The position numbers and the translations under genes are program-made. Shown here in pieces: positions 8,523 to 16,590 of a stretch of DNA of 64,000 nt. The notes beneath the pieces are model-generated. The model was not told the origin of the DNA and searched no databases. It saw nothing but the letters and a program-made list of their open reading frames with translations. The DNA is from Thermoproteus sp. (GTDB lineage Archaea; Thermoproteota; Thermoprotei; Thermoproteales; Thermoproteaceae). The stretch is taken from contig JBMFIG010000002.1 in NCBI GenBank assembly GCA_049976425.1, forward strand, positions 57,078 to 121,077. Reading direction: 5' to 3'. How positions within the stretch are numbered: the first letter of the stretch is position 1; every line of letters begins with the position of its first letter.

Positions 8523-10478
8523 GTGGAGTTTCGCGTCGTCGTTAACGGCGTGGAGATCGTGAGGGAGTGGAGCTGGGATAGAATATCCAAGGTCAAGGAG
8601 GAGTTGAAGAGAATGGGGTTCCGATGGACCGGCGGCGGGTGGGTGGGCAGATTGAGGGACCCCGCATCCCTATATGCGCTGAAGGCTTTGCTCGACCTAA
8701 AAGACGAGGAGCTGGAGGAGGTCTTGAAGGCAAGCGGCCTCGACTCGGGCGACGCGATACTGGTTGTAGGCGACATCCCCGACCGCCTGAAGCCCTACGT
8801 CGTGGCCTCCTACGGCTCCTCACACCTCGTATCTGCGACTAGGTTCATCAGAGACTTCGTGGCCTCGGACAAGAAGGCTATCGCCGAGGCTCTATCCTAC
8901 GACGAGTACGTGCGCCGCGCCGCCGAGGAGTTCAAGGCCTTGGTCGGAGGCATGGAGGTTAAGGGCGATCTGGAGGCCGTCGTGAAGAACGCCGTGGAGA
9001 TAGCTCTCGGCTCGGAGCGCCTTAAGGCGCTTTACGAGAAGCGGACGGCGTGGAGGCGCGTGGAGCTCTGGCCTACGAAGGCCGTGCTGAACTTCGCCGG
9101 AAGGGAGCTGTTCGCCGAGCTGGGCAACTTCAAGCTGGCGTACAACATCGTCGGGAAGGACGGCGAAGTGAAACAAGTTTTTATAAAACTTGTTAGAGCA
9201 TCAAGAGAAAATGATAAAGTAATAATAACATATCCAGTATTTATTAGAGATAAAATTTCTGAAGTGTTAAGAAAGTATGGTTATATTGTTGTAAAGAAAG
9301 ATTTGGAATATAGACAAGTCCAGTATAAACAGAACATATCGCTCTATGATTTCCAGAAGCGGGCTGTCGACAGCTGGGAGCGGGCGGGCAGGAGGGGCAC
9401 CATAGCGGTGCCCACCGGCGGCGGGAAGACCTTCATAGCCATGGCCGCCTTGGCCAGGGCGTCGACCACGGCGCTCGTATTAGCGGTTACGCAGGAGCTG
9501 GCCGCCCAGTGGGCGGAGCGGCTGAGGCGGTATCTAGGCGTGAGCCCCGGCATGTTGGGCGCAGGCAAACACGACGTGAGGGACGTCACGGTGGCCATAT
9601 ACAACTCCGCGGTGAAGTACGTCGACGAGCTGGTGGGGAAATTCGGCGTGGTTGTGTTCGACGAGGCGCACCACGTGCCCGCCGAGACGTTTAAGGAGAT
9701 AGCGCTGGCCCTCGACTCGCCCTTTAGGCTTGCTATATCGGCAACGCCCAAGCGCGAGGACGGCAACGAGCTGTTGATATACGAAGCGGTCGGCCCCTTG
9801 GTATATAGAGCTACATACACTGAGATGATAGAGGCGGGTCTGGTCGTCCCCGTGGAGCACTATAGGATATATATAAAGCCAAGTCCTGAGGAGGAACAAG
9901 AGTATAGGTCGGCCCAGGCTACTACGGACAACGCCATAGTCTTGCGGAATATAGCGTCTCAGATCTCGCCGAAAATCCCTATAGCCGTCGAGATAGTGAA
10001 GAGGGAGGTGGCCTTGGGCCACAAGGTGCTGGTGTTTACCCAGTTCCTGGAGCAGGCAAAGGCCATATACGATAAGTTGCGCGAGGAGTCGATACGCGCC
10101 GAGCTGATAACGTCGGAAGAGCGCGACAGGAGCTCTGCCTTCTCTCGTTTCCTCTCAGGGATCACGAAGGCCGTGGTAACCACCACAGTGCTTGACGAAG
10201 GCGTGGACGTGCCTGATGCGGACGTCGCCGTGATAGTCAGCGGTAGCGGCTCCAAGCGGCAGATGTTGCAACGGGTTGGGAGGGTGGTAAGAAAGGCCCC
10301 GGGCAAGTCCGTGGCGCGGGTGTACGAGCTGATAGCTAGAGGCACCATAGAGGAGGCGCTGTCGGAGGCCCGGCACGTGGACGACGTGATAGAGGAATCG
10401 GTATGTAGGAAGTTCTCAGAGCAGACCTTTAGGGAGTTCCTGCGTTCGACGAAGCTCACGGATTTCAGGAGCTTTTAA
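8523..10478 (+). CDS. XPB/Rad25-like SF2 helicase with N-terminal extension
   Basis: PTGGGKT, DEAHH, SATPKR, LDEGVDVP, QRVGRVVR. Confidence 0.9.
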   Translation: MEFRVVVNGVEIVREWSWDRISKVKEELKRMGFRWTGGGWVGRLRDPASLYALKALLDLKDEELEEVLKASGLDSGDAILVVGDIPDRLKPYVVASYGSSHLVSATRFIRDFVASDKKAIAEALSYDEYVRRAAEEFKALVGGMEVKGDLEAVVKNAVEIALGSERLKALYEKRTAWRRVELWPTKAVLNFAGRELFAELGNFKLAYNIVGKDGEVKQVFIKLVRASRENDKVIITYPVFIRDKISEVLRKYGYIVVKKDLEYRQVQYKQNISLYDFQKRAVDSWERAGRRGTIAVPTGGGKTFIAMAALARASTTALVLAVTQELAAQWAERLRRYLGVSPGMLGAGKHDVRDVTVAIYNSAVKYVDELVGKFGVVVFDEAHHVPAETFKEIALALDSPFRLAISATPKREDGNELLIYEAVGPLVYRATYTEMIEAGLVVPVEHYRIYIKPSPEEEQEYRSAQATTDNAIVLRNIASQISPKIPIAVEIVKREVALGHKVLVFTQFLEQAKAIYDKLREESIRAELITSEERDRSSAFSRFLSGITKAVVTTTVLDEGVDVPDADVAVIVSGSGSKRQMLQRVGRVVRKAPGKSVARVYELIARGTIEEALSEARHVDDVIEESVCRKFSEQTFREFLRSTKLTDFRSF

Positions 10479-10492
10479 AGGCGTGATAAGTT

Positions 10493-10672
10493 GTGGAGAT
10501 CGTCGAGGAGTACCTCTATCTATTGCTGGAGGCTGTAGCGGCGGCGGTATTTATGGCTGTAATAACTATGGTAGGCGAAGGGCTAATAAAAGATATTATG
10601 TTAATATATAAACAGAGTTTACAAGATATAAAATATATGCTAAATATAATAAAACATGAGAATATTATATAA
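10493..10672 (+). CDS. Small membrane/pilin-like protein (59 aa, not in ORF track)
   Basis: GTG start, MEIVEEYLYLLLEAVAAAVFMAVITMVGEGLIKD...; overlaps next ORF. Confidence 0.5.
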   Translation: MEIVEEYLYLLLEAVAAAVFMAVITMVGEGLIKDIMLIYKQSLQDIKYMLNIIKHENII

Positions 10673-10766
10673 TATATTGTTAATAATACTAATATTGTTT
10701 CTGCTGTGGATTCTTGTGCAGGTAGGAAATATCGTGAGTACAATGACTATACTTTTTATTAAATGA
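10656..10766 (+). CDS. Small single-TM protein (36 aa, not in ORF track)
   Basis: MRILYNILLIILILFLLWILVQVGNIVSTMTILFIK; ATGA overlap with downstream ORF. Confidence 0.4.
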   Translation: MRILYNILLIILILFLLWILVQVGNIVSTMTILFIK

Positions 10767-11032
10767 TATCACAAATTGAGGTTATATATGTAATTATTAT
10801 ATTGATCTTATCTTTATTTATATTTGTTTTATTTTCAAAAGTTGCTCAATCGTTATCGTTTGACAGGTATATATTTCTTCTCTCATTATATGCTAGATGT
10901 GGTAAAATCTATAATTATACATATTATTCCAATACATATTTAAATAATACTGTGCTTATTTGTATCAATATTACGTCGATTAATGGGAACCTCACGTATT
11001 CGGTCAGTTATCTGGTAGCCACACGGCCGTAG
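10763..11032 (+). CDS. Small pilin-like/membrane-anchored protein
   Basis: MISQIEVIYVIIIL N-terminus resembles class III signal; hydrophobic helix then NxS/T-rich tail with two Cys. Confidence 0.55.
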   Translation: MISQIEVIYVIIILILSLFIFVLFSKVAQSLSFDRYIFLLSLYARCGKIYNYTYYSNTYLNNTVLICINITSINGNLTYSVSYLVATRP

Positions 11033-11085
11033 TTTCGGTTCGTCTAGCCTCTTCACCGATCGTCCAGGCCAGACCTCCTCATCCG
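11033..11085 (-). ncRNA. Box C/D guide sRNA candidate (possibly tRNA-targeting)
   Basis: Minus strand: ATGAGGA, 12-nt guide, ACGA, GTGAAGA, 11-nt guide GGCTAGACGAA, CCGA; boxes degenerate but spacing canonical. Confidence 0.55.
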
Positions 11086-11285
11086 CTTTTCGTCTACACC
11101 TCTTCATTAAATCTTGATGCGAGCCGACTCGCATAATATGCTATTATATTGAAAACTTAATATAAAACAGCTAGAACATTTATTAAAAAATAAAATAAGC
11201 TCTTTTAGTTACTAAGATATTGTAAATAGAATACAAATAGTAAAGAGAGCAAGTAAGAATTAAAAAGGTATCCAAGGGAGGGGCC

Positions 11286-11627
11286 ATGGCCGAGCAGAGG
11301 GATCTATCCCAATACCAGAGGGTGGTGATCGACCAAGATCTATGTATATCATGCGGTGCATGCGTTGCCGTATGCCCCTGGCAAGCCCTTGAGCTGGACG
11401 AGAACGCGAAGGCGCGCCTGATCTGGGAGAAATGCTACGACGACTTCAGTTGCGTGGCGGCATGTCCCGTGAAGTGTATATACAAGGCCAGCGAGGCGCC
11501 TGACGACGCCAAGAAGAAGCCCAACTGGTACAGATTAGGCAGACAGTTGAGCCCCGACGAGCAGAAGATACTGAACGACTGGAAGGCGAAGTTCGGCATA
11601 CCGGTGGATCCGTTGCCTCCGAGCTGA
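11286..11627 (+). CDS. Dicluster ferredoxin with C-terminal extension
   Basis: CISCGACVAVCP and CYDDFSCVAACP; GGGAGGG RBS-like upstream. Confidence 0.92.
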   Translation: MAEQRDLSQYQRVVIDQDLCISCGACVAVCPWQALELDENAKARLIWEKCYDDFSCVAACPVKCIYKASEAPDDAKKKPNWYRLGRQLSPDEQKILNDWKAKFGIPVDPLPPS

Positions 11628-11651
11628 AATTTTTAGGCGTGTAGAAGTTCG

Positions 11652-12416
11652 ATGGAAAAGATTTTTCAGATCGCCGATCTGTTAAACAGATCCAACTGCG
11701 CGGTAGCCCTTACAGGCGCCGGCGTGTCCACAGCCAGCGGCATACCAGACTTCAGAGGTCCCCAAGGCATCTGGAGAAGCGTAGATCCCTCCAAGTTCGA
11801 GATCTCGTACTTCTACCAAAACCCCGACGAGGTCTGGAGGTTGTTCATCTCGATCTTCGTGCCTAAGGGAGACGTCGTTCCCAACGCCGCGCATAGGGCC
11901 CTGGCGCAGCTGGAATCCATGGGGAGGCTGTGCGCCGTCATTACTCAGAACGTCGACGGGCTACATCAGGCGGCCGGGTCCGTCAGAGTCGTAGAGCTAC
12001 ACGGCTCGGTCAAGTACGCGGTATGTACAAAATGCGGCATGAAGTACACGCTCAGCGAGGTGCTATCGACATATGACGGCTCTGCGCCCAGGTGTAGGGT
12101 CTGCGGCGGTGTCTTGAAGCCCGACGTGGTGTTCTTCGGAGAGCCTCTGCCCCAGGAGGCGTTCAATGAGGCCGTATTGCTCTCGGAACTCGCCGACGTC
12201 TTCATGGTCATAGGCTCCTCGCTAGCCGTGGCGCCGGCAAACCGACTGCCGTTGATAGCTAAGAGACATGGGGCGAAGATCGTGATCATAAACTCCGGGC
12301 CTACCGAGATGGACGAAATAGCCGACATAGTGATCGAGGGGAGGGCCGAGGAGATACTTCCCAAGATAGTCGAGGCCCTAAGAGCAAGCTATAGCGAAGG
12401 GGCTTCTCGACACTAG
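11652..12416 (+). CDS. cobB: Sir2/CobB NAD-dependent protein deacylase
   Basis: GAGVSTASGIPDFRG, TQNVDGLH, HGS, CxxC..CxxC, KPDVVFFGE. Confidence 0.96.
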   Translation: MEKIFQIADLLNRSNCAVALTGAGVSTASGIPDFRGPQGIWRSVDPSKFEISYFYQNPDEVWRLFISIFVPKGDVVPNAAHRALAQLESMGRLCAVITQNVDGLHQAAGSVRVVELHGSVKYAVCTKCGMKYTLSEVLSTYDGSAPRCRVCGGVLKPDVVFFGEPLPQEAFNEAVLLSELADVFMVIGSSLAVAPANRLPLIAKRHGAKIVIINSGPTEMDEIADIVIEGRAEEILPKIVEALRASYSEGASRH

Positions 12417-12917
12417 GGATTTCGCGAGCTGTTCCCTTAACTTCGGCACGTCTATACAGCCGATCTTCTGAGGAGCGCCTTCGAGGAGCTCGAGCGCCTC
12501 CTGTGCCAGAAGGACGAACTTGTCGGGCGCCCCCTCCTGCAACTTGACGAAGGCGGCAGACATCAAAATCAGGCCCTGTAGAGCCCTATCGCCGCTCCTA
12601 CGCCAAGCCGGCTCTATCTCAGCATGGGCTTCCCAGAACCGCTCGGAGTTGAATAGCTCAACGAATCTGCCTATATCGCCGCTACCCAACGAGTCCTCAT
12701 CGGTTACGTCAATGACTGCGTAGACGCGTCCTACGGCCCCCTCTATCTTACGTCTGGCCTCCTCGGCATCGATGCCGCGCACGAGGATCTCAAGGTGGCG
12801 CGAGGCTATCCTTACGTTTAATGCGGGGAGGATGCCCCTTAGATCGCGCAATAGTTGGGCCCTCTGAGAGGGCGCGAAGCCCGGGTTTTCAGCTATTATA
12901 AGATATCGATCTCCCAT
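12378..12917 (-). CDS. DUF309 domain protein with N-terminal small alpha/beta domain
   Basis: LFNSERFWEAHAEIEPAW...QGLI signature. Confidence 0.85.
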   Translation of the reverse strand: MGDRYLIIAENPGFAPSQRAQLLRDLRGILPALNVRIASRHLEILVRGIDAEEARRKIEGAVGRVYAVIDVTDEDSLGSGDIGRFVELFNSERFWEAHAEIEPAWRRSGDRALQGLILMSAAFVKLQEGAPDKFVLLAQEALELLEGAPQKIGCIDVPKLREQLAKSLVSRSPFAIACS

Positions 12918-13250
12918 TTATATTTTAACAATGACCTTCTTCAAATCAAACTGAATATCAACGATAACTTTTAAATCACCATAACTCTGCTTAATGCGCC
13001 TCACGGCGGCAAGTGCTCTGTTTATCCTCTCCAACAGTTCTGCGTTATCCGGAAGCTCGCCGCCTGTATAGAGCTCGACCCCCTCTGTCAACTTCAGCTC
13101 GACGCCGAACGCCTTGGCCAGCTCGACGAACTTGAGATATCTCTCCTCCATTGCGGTTAGATTCTCTCTCTTATTCCTGTAACGTTCGGCGTATTCCTTC
13201 AACGAAGCGAGGATGTTCTCGAGCTCGCTGAGGGTGAGGAAGAGCGACAT
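12918..13250 (-). CDS. Hypothetical protein (helical hairpin + C-terminal beta hairpin)
   Basis: 110 aa ORF abutting DUF309 gene and overlapping upstream stop. Confidence 0.75.
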   Translation of the reverse strand: MSLFLTLSELENILASLKEYAERYRNKRENLTAMEERYLKFVELAKAFGVELKLTEGVELYTGGELPDNAELLERINRALAAVRRIKQSYGDLKVIVDIQFDLKKVIVKI

Positions 13251-13681
13251 TATCCCTGCCCTCCGTAGTAGTACGCTATCTCCACGTTTCCCACACAGAA
13301 CTTTATGTAGCCCGGCGTTATGTCGCGGCAGCCTAGCGTGTTGAGCTCCACCTCGGGCATTTTAAGGGGCTCAACAGGCCTCGCCTTGGGGAACGGCGGG
13401 ATCACTTCGGGCAGATCCTCCGGCGTTATGTACGTGCCGGACGGCTCCACGACAATGGAATAGTCCCTTAGCCCCAGTTTGTCGGCCATGTTGCTGGCGG
13501 TCACTATGCGCTCCATCAGCTCGCCGACGGCTCCGTAGAGATGTCCGAGAGAGCCGAGCTGGATTAGGTAGCGCCCCACCTGCCTGCGCGCGAACACTAT
13601 CGGCGTCGCCTCTATAGAAGACTGGACATCTCTTAAGGTCCATAATATTTGATCTATATTTCTAGAATTTATAATGATCAT
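13250..13681 (-). CDS. Hypothetical protein
   Basis: 143 aa ORF translationally coupled on both sides. Confidence 0.75.
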   Translation of the reverse strand: MIIINSRNIDQILWTLRDVQSSIEATPIVFARRQVGRYLIQLGSLGHLYGAVGELMERIVTASNMADKLGLRDYSIVVEPSGTYITPEDLPEVIPPFPKARPVEPLKMPEVELNTLGCRDITPGYIKFCVGNVEIAYYYGGQG

Positions 13682-13815
13682 AATATTATCCTAATTTTTT
13701 CATTATAAGGATCTATATATACTACTTCGTTCTCGCCAAGCACCTCTATCAGTTTTTGCTTTATTGCGGGATCTATGTTGAGCGAGGAGACCCTTACCTT
13801 TTTCAGACTCTTCAT
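13678..13815 (-). CDS. Hypothetical small protein (45 aa, not in ORF track)
   Basis: MKSLKKVRVSSLNIDPAIKQKLIEVLGENEVVYIDPYNEKIRIIL; ATGA overlaps at both ends exactly fill the gap. Confidence 0.7.
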   Translation of the reverse strand: MKSLKKVRVSSLNIDPAIKQKLIEVLGENEVVYIDPYNEKIRIIL

Positions 13816-14021
13816 GGCACGAGCGTAATGGTGTTGCCCCGTAGTATGACGTATGTGCCGGTCGGCATGATCTCCAGAAGGTCGATGGGCAAGTCGGGCG
13901 CTCTAGGAGGCCATACGAAATCTACGCCTTCTCCCCTTATCACGAGCGGCTCGGCCTTCTTCGTGCCCAATATCTGGAGCGCTTTCCGTAGCAGATCCAG
14001 CTGATCTGTATAAATTATCAT
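13812..14021 (-). CDS. Hypothetical small protein
   Basis: 69 aa ORF, TATA-like TTAATATATAT about 20-30 nt upstream on minus strand; first gene of coupled run. Confidence 0.7.
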   Translation of the reverse strand: MIIYTDQLDLLRKALQILGTKKAEPLVIRGEGVDFVWPPRAPDLPIDLLEIMPTGTYVILRGNTITLVP

Positions 14022-14061
14022 GGATCCGTCTAAGGGCGATATATATTAATAGTTTGTCCCT

Positions 14062-15858
14062 CTATGCGTGGGGGCTCCCTCCATCGGCGATCCTATATAC
14101 CAGATATTGGGCAGAGGGACATGCCTTGGAACAGATAAGGCATCCTATGCATCTATTCTCGTCGACCACGAAACGGCCATCGGAGTCCCTTCTGAGAGCC
14201 TTGGTGGGGCACCAGCTTATGCACAGATCGCAATGTCCGCAGATAGAGGCGCGCACCACAAGCGCTGCCGCGTCCAGAGCCGCGCGGCCCTCGATCTTGG
14301 AGAAGTTGCCGGATAGCCTCACCTCGCCGTCCTTCCGCGTCACCCGTATTATGTCGCTCTCCCGGCGCACTTGGCCGAGCATCTTCAGCAACTGTAGCGC
14401 GGTGGCGGCGTCGGGATGGACGCCCGCCAGCTCCAGCCCTCTATCCGTTCGCCTAATCCTCACGGGGTATTCCGCCTTGACGGACAGCTTGACGAATCTC
14501 CTGAGATCGCCCGGAATAGCCTTCCTCCAGCGCCACAGCCCGTATCTGAGATAGGCCTCGTCTTTGTAATGCTCCAAGATCTTCTCCTCAAGCCTCTCGT
14601 AGATGCCCGGGTAGCTTATACGCACCAGCTCTAGCTCGGCCATTTCGTTGGCGGGGCAGACAACGCAACCAAGCCTGTCGAATCCCCTCTCGTAGGCCTT
14701 GTTGTAGGGGAGGTCGTGGAGGAAGATATAGCCCCAGATCTCCAGCGCTATCCAGTCCTGGAGGGGGGCCACCACTATGGTCCTAGCCACCCAGCGGCTT
14801 GAGGAGATCTTGCCGAGCTTGGCCCTCTGGAAGGACTCCGCCGCCCTCTGGCCGACCACGGATATAATGCCTTGCGGGAAGCGCTCGGCCACCGCCTTGG
14901 TTATAGGCGCCAGTTTTATCACCTTGCAACACCATCGGTAGTCGCGGGCCGGCGGGCCGAACTCGTCCAGCGCCTTCCAGAACCTGTCGCCCGCCGAGGC
15001 CACTATCAGCTCCGCCTTATACCTCTCGACTACCTCCTTCACGTTGTCGTACGTCTCCGGGGCTTCCAAGCCCGTGTCGTTGAACAGTATGGCGTAGGGG
15101 TGGCCGGTCCTGGCCACTAGGTCTAAGGCCACCAAGCTGTCCTTCCCGCCCGAGTAGGAGACCACCACGGGGAGCTTATACTGCGAGAAGACCCTCGAGA
15201 GGAACTCGATCGCCTCCTCGGCCTTCCTCTCTATGTGGGCGCGGTTCAGCTCGGCGAACAGCCTCATATCGCTAGGCCTCCCCTCTGGCAACCTCGGCCT
15301 AGCCCTCCACGACTTCACTACGTGGAGCCGCGCGCCTCTGAAAAGCTTCGCGACGCCGTGTATCTTCCCGTCCTTGGTCGAGATGGCGACGTGCGTATAG
15401 CGGCGCTCGGGGAGAGAGCCCTCGACCACGCGGTCTCTATGTATGTCGTAGCCGACGGGGAGATCTTGGAGATCGACGATTGCCCACCACCCCCGTCTTC
15501 TAGCCAAGATCTCGCTGACCCCCTCATAGAGAGGGCGGAACCTCCACCGTCCCTCCACGACATCGTAGAACCTGTGGCCTATGATCCTCCCCCTGACTAT
15601 GACCTCGTCGGCTTGATCCGCGTAGCCCGGGATCTTGTTGAGGAGGACCACCTCGCCGCTGGGCACTAAATCTCTCAGAGAGGCGTCGCCGAGCTCGTAC
15701 TCCACGGCCCCCCTCACGATCTCTAGATCGGCCTCGAACGCAGGCCTGACGTCGCCCGGCTCGGTGACGTAGACAGGGCGTATATTGTTGCATCTATCGG
15801 CTACGTCGTGGGGATCCAGCACGGGCACGTTCAGCTCCTCGCACCAATAGATGCGCAC
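14062..15858 (-). CDS. PAPS reductase-family protein with C-terminal 4Fe-4S dicluster
   Basis: SYSGGKDS PP-loop, WCCKVIK, RLGCVVCP, CGHCDLCISWCP and CIGCLICSKACP. Confidence 0.9.
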   Translation of the reverse strand: MRIYWCEELNVPVLDPHDVADRCNNIRPVYVTEPGDVRPAFEADLEIVRGAVEYELGDASLRDLVPSGEVVLLNKIPGYADQADEVIVRGRIIGHRFYDVVEGRWRFRPLYEGVSEILARRRGWWAIVDLQDLPVGYDIHRDRVVEGSLPERRYTHVAISTKDGKIHGVAKLFRGARLHVVKSWRARPRLPEGRPSDMRLFAELNRAHIERKAEEAIEFLSRVFSQYKLPVVVSYSGGKDSLVALDLVARTGHPYAILFNDTGLEAPETYDNVKEVVERYKAELIVASAGDRFWKALDEFGPPARDYRWCCKVIKLAPITKAVAERFPQGIISVVGQRAAESFQRAKLGKISSSRWVARTIVVAPLQDWIALEIWGYIFLHDLPYNKAYERGFDRLGCVVCPANEMAELELVRISYPGIYERLEEKILEHYKDEAYLRYGLWRWRKAIPGDLRRFVKLSVKAEYPVRIRRTDRGLELAGVHPDAATALQLLKMLGQVRRESDIIRVTRKDGEVRLSGNFSKIEGRAALDAAALVVRASICGHCDLCISWCPTKALRRDSDGRFVVDENRCIGCLICSKACPSAQYLVYRIADGGSPHA

Positions 15859-15900
15859 AGGTATTACGATTTCTATTTAAATAGGGCCGTTAGCACCTCC

Positions 15901-16590
15901 ATGCGCGCCTTGATTTTGGCTGGGGGTTTTGGTAAGAGGCTTTATCCGTTGACTAGCGAGGTGCCGAAGCCTCTTCTGTCTGTTGCGGGGAAGCCTATTC
16001 TCGTGAGGCAGATCGAGTGGCTTAGGGGGCAGGGCTTCCGGGATTTCGTCCTCGCGGTTGGGTATCTACGCCATAAGGTCTTCGAGGCTTTGGGCGACGG
16101 GAGGAGGCTGGGCGTGAGGATATTCTACAGCGTTGAGGAGGAGCCTCTCGGCACAGCCGGCGCGATCAAGAACGCCGCGCCGTTTCTAGACGACGACGTC
16201 TTCGTGGCGACTAACGGCGACGTGGTGACGGACATCCCCGTCAAGCCTCTCCTAGACGCCCTATCCGACGCAGACGCCGCGATCGCCCTCGTCCCTCTGA
16301 GAAGCCCCTACGGCGTGGTCGAGGTAGACGGAGACGGCTACGTCTCGGCCTTCAGGGAAAAGCCCGTCTTGGAAGGCTACCTCATAAACGCAGGCGTCTA
16401 CGCCATGAGGAGGGAGGTTTTGGAGTTGTTGCCCGAGAAGGGCAATATCGAGGAGACCACATTCCCGCAACTGGCCAAGAAGAGAAGGCTGAAGGCCGTG
16501 GTGTATAGAGACGCCTTCTGGAGATCTATAGACACCGTGAAAGACCTGGAAGAGGTCGAGAGGATATTAGGCGGCGATGGAAAGCCTTGA
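15901..16590 (+). CDS. Sugar-phosphate nucleotidyltransferase
   Basis: [31 protein letters not shown]; ATG 15901 follows TTTAAAT box. Confidence 0.93.
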   Translation: MRALILAGGFGKRLYPLTSEVPKPLLSVAGKPILVRQIEWLRGQGFRDFVLAVGYLRHKVFEALGDGRRLGVRIFYSVEEEPLGTAGAIKNAAPFLDDDVFVATNGDVVTDIPVKPLLDALSDADAAIALVPLRSPYGVVEVDGDGYVSAFREKPVLEGYLINAGVYAMRREVLELLPEKGNIEETTFPQLAKKRRLKAVVYRDAFWRSIDTVKDLEEVERILGGDGKP

